From contig JAQCIU010000007.1 in assembly GCA_027593235.1 (NCBI GenBank), positions 1-64,000 of the forward strand: 64,000 nt of DNA. Direction: 5' to 3'. Shown here in pieces: positions 28,921-40,086 of the stretch (the first letter of the stretch is position 1; the number at the start of each line of letters is the position of its first letter). The DNA comes from Chloroflexota bacterium. Lineage in GTDB: Bacteria > Chloroflexota > Dehalococcoidia > UBA2979. Position numbers and translations under genes: made by a program. Under the pieces are notes generated by a model. It had not been told where the DNA came from. It saw nothing but the letters and a program-made list of their open reading frames with translations, and did not search any database.

Positions 28921-29079
28921 GATCCCGCGCGGCGAGCGACGCGAGCTTCGCGCTCCGAAATGAGGGGAAGCGGGGCGCAGCCCCGCAGACATACAGGGTG
29001 GGTGGGCGGGATACCCTTGAAGACGCGTCGCGGGCGAAGCCCGTGACCCGATCCGCCGCAGGCGGCTCCCTCCCGCGCA
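28921..29079. repeat. REP/MITE-like intergenic repeat, copy 2
   Basis: GCCCCGCAGACATACAGGGTGGGTGGGCGGGA..CGTCGCGGGCGAAGCC. Confidence 0.75.
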
Positions 29080-29156
29080 ATCCTCGAAAGGATGACCGCA
29101 GCGCGCCGCCGGGCATAATGACAACTCGCACTGCGCCGACAAGACATGGACCCCCA

Positions 29157-30562
<1,406 letters not shown>

Positions 30563-30566
<4 letters not shown>

Positions 30567-31183
30567 AGGCTGTGAAGCAGGTCCAGGGCAACGCGTTCCC
30601 GCTCAACCGCGCGGACGTCGATACCGACCAGATCATCCCCAAGCAGTTCCTGAAGCGCATCGAGCGCACCGGCTACGGTGAGTTCGCATTCTTCGACTGG
30701 CGCAAGGACGAAGACTTCGTCATCAACCGCCCCGACTACCTCGGCGCGCCGATCATGCTCGCCCAGCAGAACTTCGGCTGCGGCTCCAGCCGCGAACACG
30801 CCGTCTGGGCGCTCGACGACATGGGGGTCCAGGCCGTGATCGCCCCGTCCTTCGGCGACATCTTCCGCAACAACTCCTCGAAGGTCGGTCTGCTCACCAT
30901 CCAGCTCCCGCAGGACGACGTCGACTACCTGATGTCCCGCGCCGAGGAACTCCCGAGCAGCCAGATCACGATCGACCTCGATACCCAGACCGTCAGCGTC
31001 GGCGCCGACTGGGTCCGCAAGTTCGAGGTCGACCCGTTCATCAAGCACCGCCTGCTCAACGGCCTCGACGACATCGGCATCACGCTCCAGGACGAGCCCG
31101 CCATCACCGCCTTCGAGGCAAAGCGCGACGCCCTCAAGCCGGACACCACCCCCGCCCTCGAGTCCGCCACCAAGATGGGCTGA
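30563..31183 (+). CDS. leuD: 3-isopropylmalate dehydratase small subunit
   Basis: [33 protein letters not shown]; ATGA overlap with leuC. Confidence 0.97.
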
Positions 31184-31195
31184 CGCGCTAGCCGC

Positions 31196-31735
31196 ATGCC
31201 GGTCTTCGTCCTCGCGATCCCCGAGTTCAGCGAGACAGACTCCGCGCGGATCGAGGCGATCCGCGCGGAGCACGATCCACAGCACACCCTCGTCCCGCCG
31301 CAGGTCACCCTCGTCTTCGCGATCGACAGCATCGACGCGTCGGACGCCCATGCCATGCGCACCCTCGAGGCCCACACCCGCATCGCCACCGCGCGCCAGC
31401 GAGCCTTCGACGTCGTCTTCCGCGCCGCCACCCTCTACCCCGCCAGCACACCCACCGAGGACGACTACACCTTCCTCGTCCCCGACGAAGGCAACTCGCG
31501 ACTGATCCGCCTCCACGACGCGCTCCACACCGGCATGCTCGCGACCGAGCGCCGCCTCGACCTCCCCTACGTCCCCCACGTCACCATCGCCCGAGGCACC
31601 CCGCCCGCCATGGCAACGCTCGCCACGACGTGGAACGCCGAGGAGCCGCCAATCCAGGCCCGCATCGCCGCCCTCGACATCGTCGAACTCGCCAGCGGTG
31701 CCGCGACCACACTTGTCCGCGTCGCGCTCGCCTGA
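31196..31735 (+). CDS. 2H phosphoesterase (2'-5' RNA ligase family)
   Basis: second motif YVPHVTIA intact; first motif reads PPQVTL. Confidence 0.75.
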   Translation: MPVFVLAIPEFSETDSARIEAIRAEHDPQHTLVPPQVTLVFAIDSIDASDAHAMRTLEAHTRIATARQRAFDVVFRAATLYPASTPTEDDYTFLVPDEGNSRLIRLHDALHTGMLATERRLDLPYVPHVTIARGTPPAMATLATTWNAEEPPIQARIAALDIVELASGAATTLVRVALA

Positions 31736-31757
31736 CCCGCGCCCGTAGCCTGAACCG

Positions 31758-32672
31758 ATGAACGCCATCCCCCGCGCCGCGCTCTCGACGCTCCGCGCCG
31801 CGATCCCCACGGCGAAGTGGGCGCGCGCCTCGAAGATCGGCGAAGGCTACGGCGCTGCCGCGTTCCGCGTCCCCGATCCCGAGGGCGACTGGTCCGTCCG
31901 CTTCCCCCGCCCGGAGGCGGCCTGGGCGATCCCCGACCTCGAACGCGAGACGCGCCTGCTCCCCGCCCTCGAGCGCCGCATCGCCAGCGTCGAAACCCCG
32001 TGCGACGCCGCCGTCGTCCGCGACCCCGCCGGCGCCTTCGTCGCCGCCATCCACCGCTTCGTCCCCGGCTCTCCACCTTCGACTCGCACCATCCGAGGCG
32101 CGCGCCGCGACCGCCTCGCCACGCAGATCGGCACCTTCCTCCACGAACTCCACGCGGTGCCTCGGAGCGTCGCGAAGCGACACGGCGTCCGCGAGATGGA
32201 CCTCTGGCCCGACCGTTACCAGCCGCTGATCGCCAACAGCCTGCCCCACCTCGGTCCGGGCGGCCGCGCCTGGCTCGAGGCGCAGGGCGCCGCCTTCGCC
32301 GCGGCGGGCGGCACCTCCGAGGCCCCGCGCGCCCTCATCCACGGCGACATCGCGGGACCGCACCTGCTCCTCGACGACGACTCGAACCTCACCGGCGTGA
32401 TCGACTTCGGCGACGCGATGCTCGCCGACCCCGCGCTCGACTTCGCCGGCATCCTCAACGAGTTCTCGTGGTCATTCCTCGAACGCGTCCTCGTCGCCTA
32501 CGAGGCCGCCGGCGGCGCCATCGACGGGCGCGCGCGCGATCGCGCCCGCTTCTACATCGAGGTCGAGCCAATCTTCCAGATCGAGTACGGCGCCTATGTC
32601 CGAGGTGGTGCGGAGCGCCTGACCGGCATCCGCCGGATCGCCGCCCGCGCCGGAGGCGCATCAAAGAGATAG
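31758..32672 (+). CDS. APH-family phosphotransferase
   Basis: IGEG, VRFPR, LIHGDIAGPHLL, GVIDFGDA..DPALDF. Confidence 0.85.
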   Translation: MNAIPRAALSTLRAAIPTAKWARASKIGEGYGAAAFRVPDPEGDWSVRFPRPEAAWAIPDLERETRLLPALERRIASVETPCDAAVVRDPAGAFVAAIHRFVPGSPPSTRTIRGARRDRLATQIGTFLHELHAVPRSVAKRHGVREMDLWPDRYQPLIANSLPHLGPGGRAWLEAQGAAFAAAGGTSEAPRALIHGDIAGPHLLLDDDSNLTGVIDFGDAMLADPALDFAGILNEFSWSFLERVLVAYEAAGGAIDGRARDRARFYIEVEPIFQIEYGAYVRGGAERLTGIRRIAARAGGASKR

Positions 32673-32735
32673 CTGCGCTGGACGCGCATCGCGGAAATAG
32701 CCACGCGGCCGCCGCGAACCGCGCGCGGGCGTGAG

Positions 32736-33224
32736 CTACAGCAGGGTGTAGAGGTACGCCTGGAGCCGGTCGTAACTCTCCGCCGCGCCCTGCTCGAGGC
32801 CTGACTCCAGCATCACGTCCAACAGCTCCGGTGATGGATAGCGAGAGACGATCGTCATCGTCGTGACGTTGTCAGATTCCTCTAGCGTCATCGTCTCGAT
32901 CGACTCTGCATCAGCGAATGGCTCGACGTCGTAGGTAAACGTCTGGACCACGCGTACCGGCGGGGTGATCTGGTGATAGACACCCGTGAAAGGGTGCTCC
33001 CTGCCGTCCTCGGCCATCGTCACAACACGCCACCGACCGCCGACGCGAAGGTCGAGCTCGGTCACCGTGGCCTGATAACCATGTGGCCCCCACCAGCGTT
33101 CGATGTGTCGGGCCTCGACCATCGCGCGGAACACCATCTCGCGAGGCGCGCGGAACTGTCGAGTCATCACCGCTGCTCTGTCGGAGATCACGTGGAGCCT
33201 CAGCGAAGGCCGAACGTCAACCAC
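32736..33224 (-). CDS. SRPBCC (AHSA1-like) domain protein
   Basis: TRQFRAPREMVFRA, WWGPHG, DLRVGGRWR, ESYDRL. Confidence 0.88.
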   Translation of the reverse strand: MVDVRPSLRLHVISDRAAVMTRQFRAPREMVFRAMVEARHIERWWGPHGYQATVTELDLRVGGRWRVVTMAEDGREHPFTGVYHQITPPVRVVQTFTYDVEPFADAESIETMTLEESDNVTTMTIVSRYPSPELLDVMLESGLEQGAAESYDRLQAYLYTLL

Positions 33225-33422
33225 CGCGTCCCCCTAACCGAACGATCGACCACTCGAAGACTGAGCCGCAGGCGAGTCTGATACGACACTGGCGGGAAGC
33301 TAACCATCGCGACGATCGATCCGCAAGTCACGGCCATGCAACTCCCCCGACCCAGCTCCGCGATGCGTACCGGGGCGCTGACGCCGCCCGGATCAGGCCG
33401 TCCGCTTCGGGCAGAGCGACGG

Positions 33423-34814
33423 CTACTCCCCGCGCACCAGCCCGGGCGACACTTCCGCGATCACGCCGGCGGGCACCTCGGCAGGCACGCCGGGCCGCAT
33501 CCAGGCGCGGATCCGCCCGGCACCGAAGTACAGCAGCAGCAAGGCAGCGAGCAGGATGCCCGCGGCCGCCTGCGTTTCCACCGCACCGAAGTGATCGATC
33601 GACCAGCCCATCGGTAGCAGCGCCACCGGGCTCAGCGAGAACGTCAGCATGTAGATGCTCATCACGCGCCCGTAATAGGCGCGGTCCGTCCGCTCCATAA
33701 TCATCACGCTGTTCAGCGTCATGTACCCCTGGCTCGCCAGCCCCACCACCGCCAGCACGACCAGCGACAGCCCGAGGAATGGCGACAACGCGAACGCCAC
33801 GAGGAGCGCGCCGAACGCGATCCCGGCGAACATCTGCAGACGCGCGCGGGTCTCCGCTCCCTGGATCGCACCGACCGAGAGCGATCCGATCAGCGACCCA
33901 ACTCCGACCGCCGCATACATGAAGCCCAGCGACGCCTCGCCGACGTGGAGCACGTCCTTCTGGAACACCGGCAGCAGTTGCTGGAACGGCATCCCGATCA
34001 TCACCGGAATGAACGCCAGCACGATTAGCGACCGCAGCGCCGGGTTCGCGCCCACGTAGCGCACGCCATCGACCATGTCGGCCAGCGCCGACCGCGACCG
34101 CTTCGCCGCCGGCGCCAGCGAGGGCAGTCGCAGCAGCATTAGCGCCGCCATCCCGTAGAAGACGGCGATCAGATCGAAGGCCAACGCCGGATGCCACGCC
34201 AGCAGCAGGCCAGCCAGGCTTGGCGCCAGCACGCGGTTCAGATTCATCCCCGACGAGTTCAGCGCCACCGCGTTCGGTAGCTGATCCTCCGGGACAATCT
34301 CCGGAATGATCGCCTGCCGTGTCGGCATGTTGAACGCGAAGATCAGCCCTTGCAGCACGCTCAACACCACGAGGTGCCAGACCTGCACGATGTCCAGGTG
34401 CACCAGTACCGCGTTCACCGCCGACAGCGCGGCGAGCATGAACTGCACAGCGATCAGTAGCGCCTTCTTGTTCGCCCGGTCCGCGATCGCGCCGCCGAAC
34501 AGCGACAGCGCGCTCTGCGGCAGCCCTCGAGCGAGCGACACGAGGCCCAGCGCGACCGCCGAGCCGGAGATGGTGTAGGCCAGCCACGCCCGCGACACCA
34601 GGTTCATCTGCATCGCCGCCTGGGCGAACAGCATCCCGAACCACAACATGCGGAACTGCGCGTTTTGGAGCGCCGTGAACGCGTCACCAATACGCGGCTT
34701 CGAGCGCGGCGGCGGTACGGGTGCTGACTGCGGAGTTGCCTGATCGGGACGGCGGGACGATGCCATCGGAACCCTCGCGAAGTGGCTCGGTCTGCCCGTG
34801 GGCAGGTCGCTCAT
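33423..34814 (-). CDS. MFS transporter under c-di-AMP riboswitch control
   Basis: FRMLWFG, GGAIADR, MPTRQAIIPEIV, GRVMSIY; ATG 34814 preceded by GGGAG (alternative start 34766). Confidence 0.88.
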   Translation of the reverse strand: MSDLPTGRPSHFARVPMASSRRPDQATPQSAPVPPPRSKPRIGDAFTALQNAQFRMLWFGMLFAQAAMQMNLVSRAWLAYTISGSAVALGLVSLARGLPQSALSLFGGAIADRANKKALLIAVQFMLAALSAVNAVLVHLDIVQVWHLVVLSVLQGLIFAFNMPTRQAIIPEIVPEDQLPNAVALNSSGMNLNRVLAPSLAGLLLAWHPALAFDLIAVFYGMAALMLLRLPSLAPAAKRSRSALADMVDGVRYVGANPALRSLIVLAFIPVMIGMPFQQLLPVFQKDVLHVGEASLGFMYAAVGVGSLIGSLSVGAIQGAETRARLQMFAGIAFGALLVAFALSPFLGLSLVVLAVVGLASQGYMTLNSVMIMERTDRAYYGRVMSIYMLTFSLSPVALLPMGWSIDHFGAVETQAAAGILLAALLLLYFGAGRIRAWMRPGVPAEVPAGVIAEVSPGLVRGE

Positions 34815-34820
34815 CGACTC

Positions 34821-34936
34821 CCGAGCCTGCGAGGTTAGCTGTCGGGTTCGGGCGGGAAGCCCGTCCGCATCACGCGGATTCACCCCAGAACTGGTTCCCC
34901 CGTTCCGCCCTGTTCACGGGCGGATTCGGCTATCGG
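34821..34936 (-). promoter_or_regulatory. c-di-AMP riboswitch (ydaO/yuaA class)
   Basis: minus strand GCCGAATC...GGAACGGGGGAACCA..TGGGGTGAATCC...GGGC-TTCCC-GCCCGAACCCGACAGCTAACCTCGCAGGC; all conserved ydaO blocks in order. Confidence 0.93.
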
Positions 34937-35039
34937 CGAACGTACTCTCACGTGCACGTCATGTCTATGAGCGAGCCCGCGAATCGTGCGGTCGAGCACC
35001 GAGTAGCCCGGCCGTGAGGCGAGGCACTACCTTGCTGCA

Positions 35040-35492
35040 ATGACGGCGGTTGAATGGTCCACCTTCCGCGACTCCGCCCCGACCCTAGAGGCGATCGGTC
35101 GCATGCGGCTGCACGGTCGGACTTGCTACCTCGCGACCTCTCGCCGCGGAGACGGTGCGCCGCGCGTGCACCCGGTGACGCCCGATATCAGCGCCAGCCG
35201 CCTCTTCGTTTTCATGGAACCAACATCGCCAAAGGGTCACGACCTACGGGTCGACCCACGCTTCGCGCTGCATTGCGGAGTCGAGGACAACGCCGGCGGC
35301 GAGGGGGAATTCTTCGTCAGCGGCGCGGCGGTCTTAACCGACGACCCCGAGCTACGCACCGAGGCAGTCCAGGCCGGGAGCTACGCTCCGGCGGATCGCT
35401 ACATCCTGTTCCATCTCCTCATTGACCACGCGACGCTCCGCCGCTACGAGGACGGCACACCCGTTCACCAACGCTGGCGAAGCGACGACTGA
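35040..35492 (+). CDS. pyridoxamine 5'-phosphate oxidase family protein
   Basis: [31 protein letters not shown]. Confidence 0.8.
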   Translation: MTAVEWSTFRDSAPTLEAIGRMRLHGRTCYLATSRRGDGAPRVHPVTPDISASRLFVFMEPTSPKGHDLRVDPRFALHCGVEDNAGGEGEFFVSGAAVLTDDPELRTEAVQAGSYAPADRYILFHLLIDHATLRRYEDGTPVHQRWRSDD

Positions 35493-35584
35493 CCGGCAGC
35501 CCTCAACCCCAACCCACGCTAGACTCGCGCCCGCACCCCGATCGAAGGGCGCTGTCCCAGGCGCGCCGAAAGGATCCCCACCTC

Positions 35585-36679
35585 ATGGCCACGTTCGACA
35601 TCCTCGTCCTCCCCGGCGACGGCATCGGCCCCGAAGTCACCGCCGAGGGCGTCCGTACCCTCGAGGCCGTCGGCCAGCGCTTCGAGCACGTCTTCCGCAT
35701 GACCGACGACGTCGTCGGCGGCGCCTGCATCGACGCGCACGGCGTCGCCATCCGCCCCGAGACCATCGAGGCGGCACGAGCTTCCGACGCGGTGCTGTTC
35801 GGCGCGGTCGGTGGACCGAAGTGGGACGACCCGACGGCGAAGGTGCGGCCGGAGCAGGGCCTGCTCGCGCTCCGTTCGGAGCTGCAGCTCTGGGCGAACC
35901 TGCGGCCCGTGGTCGCCAACCCGGCGCTGCTCGACGCCTCCACCATCAAGCGCGAGGTCCTGGAGGGCGTCGACCTGCTCGTCATCCGCGAACTCACCAG
36001 CGGCGCCTACTTCGGGAAGCCGAAGGAGCGGCGCATGGAGAACGGCCTGCGCGCCGCCGTCGACACCATCTACTACCGTGAGGACGAAGTGGAGCGCGTC
36101 GCGCGCCTCGGCTTCAAGCTCGCCCGCGAGCGGCGCAACAAGCTGACCAGCGTCGATAAGGCGAACGTCCTCGAGTCGTCGCGCCTCTGGCGCGAGATCG
36201 TGCACGAGGTGCGCGCCGACTTCCCGGACGTGGAGTACGAGGACGTGCTCGTCGACGCGATGACGATGCACCTGATCCGCCACCCGAAGAATTACGACGT
36301 CATCATCGCCAGCAACATGTTCGGCGACATCGTCACCGACGAGGCCTCGATGCTGATCGGCTCCATGGGGATGCTCGCCTCGGCGTCGCTCGGCACGATG
36401 GAGGACGGCGGCACCGCGCTCGGTATGTACGAGCCGATCCACGGCTCGGCGCCGGACATTGCCGGCCAGGGCATCGCCAACCCGCTGGCGATGATCCTCT
36501 GCACCGCCATGCTCCTCCGCCACTCGTGTGGCCTCGAGGAAGAGGCGCAGGCCGTCGAGGCCGCCGTGCAGGCCGTCATCGAGGCCGGTCTCCGCACCGC
36601 CGATATCGCCGCCCCCGGCGCGCCGACGCTCAACACGAAGGCGATGGCGGACGCTGTCCTCGCGCAGCTCGGGAGCTAG
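35585..36679 (+). CDS. leuB: 3-isopropylmalate dehydrogenase
   Basis: [46 protein letters not shown]. Confidence 0.97.
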   Translation: MATFDILVLPGDGIGPEVTAEGVRTLEAVGQRFEHVFRMTDDVVGGACIDAHGVAIRPETIEAARASDAVLFGAVGGPKWDDPTAKVRPEQGLLALRSELQLWANLRPVVANPALLDASTIKREVLEGVDLLVIRELTSGAYFGKPKERRMENGLRAAVDTIYYREDEVERVARLGFKLARERRNKLTSVDKANVLESSRLWREIVHEVRADFPDVEYEDVLVDAMTMHLIRHPKNYDVIIASNMFGDIVTDEASMLIGSMGMLASASLGTMEDGGTALGMYEPIHGSAPDIAGQGIANPLAMILCTAMLLRHSCGLEEEAQAVEAAVQAVIEAGLRTADIAAPGAPTLNTKAMADAVLAQLGS

Positions 36680-36714
36680 GCCACGGGCCGAGGGCCGTCG
36701 TTACTGGCCGGGCG

Positions 36715-37224
36715 TTACTGGCCGGTCGCGATCGGCGGATCGGGGTACTCGCCCGCGATGATCGCGGGCAGCAGCTCGGCGAGGCGCAGCGGCGACACCA
36801 TCTCCGCGCAGTTGGCGATCTCCTCGAGGCTGAGCCAGCGGTGTTCCAGCAGCGACACCATCTCGTCGTCGACCTGCGGTCGCAGTGTCGGCGCGGAGCC
36901 ATCGACGCGCGCCGGGTAGAAATACTCGAACGTGTCGTACCAGGTGTCGTACGCGCCGTAGTACCAGACCCACTCGCGTTCCCAGACACACGGACCCAGC
37001 TCCGGTGTGAATCCGGTCTCCTCGAACAGCTCGCGGCGCGCCGTCTGCAGCGGTGTCTCACCCAGATCGGAGCCGCCACCCGGCGTCATCCAGATGATGT
37101 CCTCGTCGGGCTTGGTGGGATCGGGCGCCGTCCGGAACAGCAGCAGCCGGTCGTCGCCATCGAGCAATAAGACCCGCGCGCCGGGCCGCGGAACGGGATC
37201 AGCCTCGGTGCCAGCGTGGCTCAT
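36715..37224 (-). CDS. Nudix hydrolase (third of three)
   Basis: PGGGSDLGETPLQTARRELFEETG; ATGA overlap at 37221-37224. Confidence 0.88.
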   Translation of the reverse strand: MSHAGTEADPVPRPGARVLLLDGDDRLLLFRTAPDPTKPDEDIIWMTPGGGSDLGETPLQTARRELFEETGFTPELGPCVWEREWVWYYGAYDTWYDTFEYFYPARVDGSAPTLRPQVDDEMVSLLEHRWLSLEEIANCAEMVSPLRLAELLPAIIAGEYPDPPIATGQ

Positions 37225-37736
37225 TCGAACAGCTCCAGCGGCATCCCGGAGAAGTCGCTTTCGAGGATCGGCGGCAACAACGAGGCAAGTTGGCGCGGCA
37301 CGATCCGTTCCGCTCCCCGGTGCGCCCGGATCTCGTCCAGCGACCACCAGCGGTACCACTGATCGCCCGTCATCCATGCTTCGTCGGCCTGCCGCGCCGC
37401 CGGTTCCGGCTTGAACGATGGGGTTCGAACGACGAAGTACCGCTCATCGAAGCGCCACCGCTGCTGGCCCTCGAACTCGATCGTTCGTCGCCAGACCAGC
37501 GGACCCAGTTCGGCGTTCGCCAGACCGGCCTCTTCCCACAGTTCGCGGGTCGCCGCCTCCTCGTAGCTCTCGCCCGCCTCGACACCACCACCTGGCGCGA
37601 ACCAGTACAAACGCCCTCGATCGCGCTGCACCAGCTCGGCGCGCAGCAGCAAGAGCCGATCAGCCTCGTCGATCAACAACACCCGCGAGGTCGGGCGGGG
37701 GACGGGTTCGCCGGACCGCGGCCGTTCGCTGCTCAT
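37221..37736 (-). CDS. Nudix hydrolase (second of three)
   Basis: PGGGVEAGESYEEAATRELWEEAG; ATGA overlap at 37733-37736. Confidence 0.88.
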   Translation of the reverse strand: MSSERPRSGEPVPRPTSRVLLIDEADRLLLLRAELVQRDRGRLYWFAPGGGVEAGESYEEAATRELWEEAGLANAELGPLVWRRTIEFEGQQRWRFDERYFVVRTPSFKPEPAARQADEAWMTGDQWYRWWSLDEIRAHRGAERIVPRQLASLLPPILESDFSGMPLELFE

Positions 37737-38236
37737 CGCAGCAGATCGATCGGCGCGTCGGGCAAGCGTCCATCGAGGATCGGCGATAGACGATGGCTCA
37801 GGTCGGGCGGCAGCAGCAGATCCGGGCCGCGGTGCGCACGCAGCTCCTCGTGGCTCCACCAGCGGAACCAACCCTCTTCAATCATGTAGCGCTCGTACTC
37901 CGGATCGGGCGCACCCGGCACTGGCTCGAACGACTCCGTGTAGATCACGAAGTAACGCTCCATGAAGCGAATACCTCGGTACTCCCGATCACGCTTCCAC
38001 ACCCAGGGCCCAACATCCGGCACCGTCAGGCCCGTCTCCTCCCACAGCTCGCGGCGCGCGCCCTCCTCGTAGCTCTCGCCGGGCTCCACGCCGCCGCCGG
38101 GCGTGAACCAGAGCATCCGATCCGGGCGCTCGTCACTGGGAGCGCGAAACAGCAGCACCCGACGCAACTCGTCCACGATCAGCAATCGTGAGGTCGGACG
38201 CTCCTGAGGAAGGTGTGCGGTCCAATCGGCCACCAT
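37733..38236 (-). CDS. Nudix hydrolase (first of three)
   Basis: PGGGVEPGESYEEGARRELWEETG. Confidence 0.9.
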   Translation of the reverse strand: MVADWTAHLPQERPTSRLLIVDELRRVLLFRAPSDERPDRMLWFTPGGGVEPGESYEEGARRELWEETGLTVPDVGPWVWKRDREYRGIRFMERYFVIYTESFEPVPGAPDPEYERYMIEEGWFRWWSHEELRAHRGPDLLLPPDLSHRLSPILDGRLPDAPIDLLR

Positions 38237-38335
38237 TGCTCCTCGAACGCTCCCCTACCCAAACGGCCGGAACGGCCCTCGGGGAGTTCTTCATTGCTGC
38301 TGTCCGCGCGGCCAGTCTAGACTGGCTACATCGTG

Positions 38336-38413
38336 ATGAAGACGCCAACGACGTTCGAGGTGGTGCGCGCCGTCCGGTCCCTGCGGCCGACGGCTTCGCT
38401 CATTCTGAGCTAG
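38336..38413 (+). CDS. candidate cimA leader peptide MKTPTTFEVVRAVRSLRPTASLILS
   Basis: 25-aa uORF ending LILS, 58 nt before cimA; TCGAGGTG/CACCTCGA complementarity. Confidence 0.45.
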   Translation: MKTPTTFEVVRAVRSLRPTASLILS

Positions 38414-38471
38414 CCCCTACCATTCACCTCGACAGCGCGGCCCCAGCCGAGCACCTCACGAAACGACAACC

Positions 38472-40082
38472 ATGACACTCCCCGACGCCAGGGCGATCCG
38501 CCTCTACGACACCACGCTGCGTGACGGTCTCGGCATGGAGGGGCTCAGCCTCTCCCTGCAAGACAAACTGCTGCTCCTCGAAAAGATCGACGAACTCGGC
38601 GTGCACTACATCGAGGGCGGCTACCCCGGGTCGAATCCCAAGGACGCCGAGTTCTTCGAACGCGCGCGCGACGTCAAACTGAAGCACGCGAAGCTCGTTG
38701 CCTTCGGTTCCACCCGCCGCGCCGGCGGTACCGCCGCGACTGACGCGGCTCTGCGCAGCGTCCTTGATGCCGGCACCGAGGTGATCACCCTCGTCGGCAA
38801 GTCCTCGCAACGCCAGGTCATCGATGTCCTCCAAACCACCGAGGAAGAAAACCTCTCGATGATCACCGACTCCGTCGCCTACCTGCGTGAGCAGGGGCGC
38901 GAAGTGGTCTTCGACGCCGAGCACTTCTTCGACGGCTTTCGCGCCAACCCGGAGTACACCCTCTCCACGCTGCGTGCGGCCGAGCGCGCCGGCGCCTCCA
39001 CCGTCACGCTCTGCGACACCAACGGCGGTGCCACCTCCGACGAGGTGCGCGCCGGCGTCGAGGCCGCTCGCGCCGCCGTCGACTGCGCGATCGGCATCCA
39101 CTGTCACAACGACGCGGACCTCGCGGTCGCGAACACGCTGATTGGTGTTCAGGCCGGCGCGACCCAGGTCCAGGCCTGCGTGAACGGCTGGGGCGAACGC
39201 ACCGGCAACGCCAGCATGATGTCGGTGATCCCCAACCTGAAGCTGAAGCTCGGCCTCGATGTGGTCACCGACGAGCAGCTCGCGCGGCTCACCGAAACGG
39301 CGCTCTTCGCGACGGAGCTGGCCAACCTCAACCTCGACCCGCAGCAGCCCTACGTCGGTTCGGGCGCCTTCGCCCACAAGGCTGGGCTCCACGTTGCGGC
39401 GATCACCAAGAGCCCCGGCTCCTACACCCACGTCGATCCGAGCGCCGTGGGCAACCGCGAGCGCGTCCTCGTCTCGGAGCTGTCCGGTCGCCGTAACGTC
39501 GTCGAGAAGCTGCGTGAGCAAGGCGTCGCGATCGAGCTGAGCGACGCTGCCGCCTCGGAAGCCCTCGCCCAGGTGAAGCGCCAGGAAGCCGCCGGCTACC
39601 AGTTCGAATCCGCCGAAGCCTCGTTCGAGCTCCTCGTGCGCCGGCTTGAGCCGGGCTACGTGCAGCCGTTCGACCTCGAGGATTTCCTGATCGTCCAGCG
39701 CCGCCGCCACGTCGCCAACGGCGGTGAGCGGGTCGAAATGCAGGCCGAGGCGATGGTGAAGCTGCGCATCGGCGACCACCTGAGTCAGGTTGCCGCTGAC
39801 GGCAACGGCCCGGTCTCCGCGCTCGATGCCGCGGTGCGCAAGGCCCTCGAGGAGGTCTATCCGGAGATCGCCCGCGTCCACCTCGTGGACTACAAGGTGC
39901 GCATCATCGACTCCGGCGCCGGTGCGGACGCCGCCGTCCGCGTGCTCATCGAGTCGAGCGATCGCTTCCACCTCTGGCGCACCGTCGGCGCGTCAACGGA
40001 CGTCGTCGAGGCGTCATGGCTCGCCCTCCAGGACGCGTACGAGTACTGGCTGCTGCACTGGAGCGGCGCCGCGCCGGATTAG
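38472..40082 (+). CDS. cimA: citramalate synthase
   Basis: YDTTLRDG, EGGYPGSNPKD, DAEHFFDG, LCDTNGG, AFAHKAGLH, VSELSGR, GYQFESAEASFEL, LVDYKVRI. Confidence 0.93.
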   Translation: MTLPDARAIRLYDTTLRDGLGMEGLSLSLQDKLLLLEKIDELGVHYIEGGYPGSNPKDAEFFERARDVKLKHAKLVAFGSTRRAGGTAATDAALRSVLDAGTEVITLVGKSSQRQVIDVLQTTEEENLSMITDSVAYLREQGREVVFDAEHFFDGFRANPEYTLSTLRAAERAGASTVTLCDTNGGATSDEVRAGVEAARAAVDCAIGIHCHNDADLAVANTLIGVQAGATQVQACVNGWGERTGNASMMSVIPNLKLKLGLDVVTDEQLARLTETALFATELANLNLDPQQPYVGSGAFAHKAGLHVAAITKSPGSYTHVDPSAVGNRERVLVSELSGRRNVVEKLREQGVAIELSDAAASEALAQVKRQEAAGYQFESAEASFELLVRRLEPGYVQPFDLEDFLIVQRRRHVANGGERVEMQAEAMVKLRIGDHLSQVAADGNGPVSALDAAVRKALEEVYPEIARVHLVDYKVRIIDSGAGADAAVRVLIESSDRFHLWRTVGASTDVVEASWLALQDAYEYWLLHWSGAAPD

Positions 40083-40086
40083 ACCG

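Noticed and set aside
29118-29156. Thr-rich MTTRTAPTR upstream of leuC as a leader peptide
   Set aside because: In frame with leuC with no stop, so at most an alternative start
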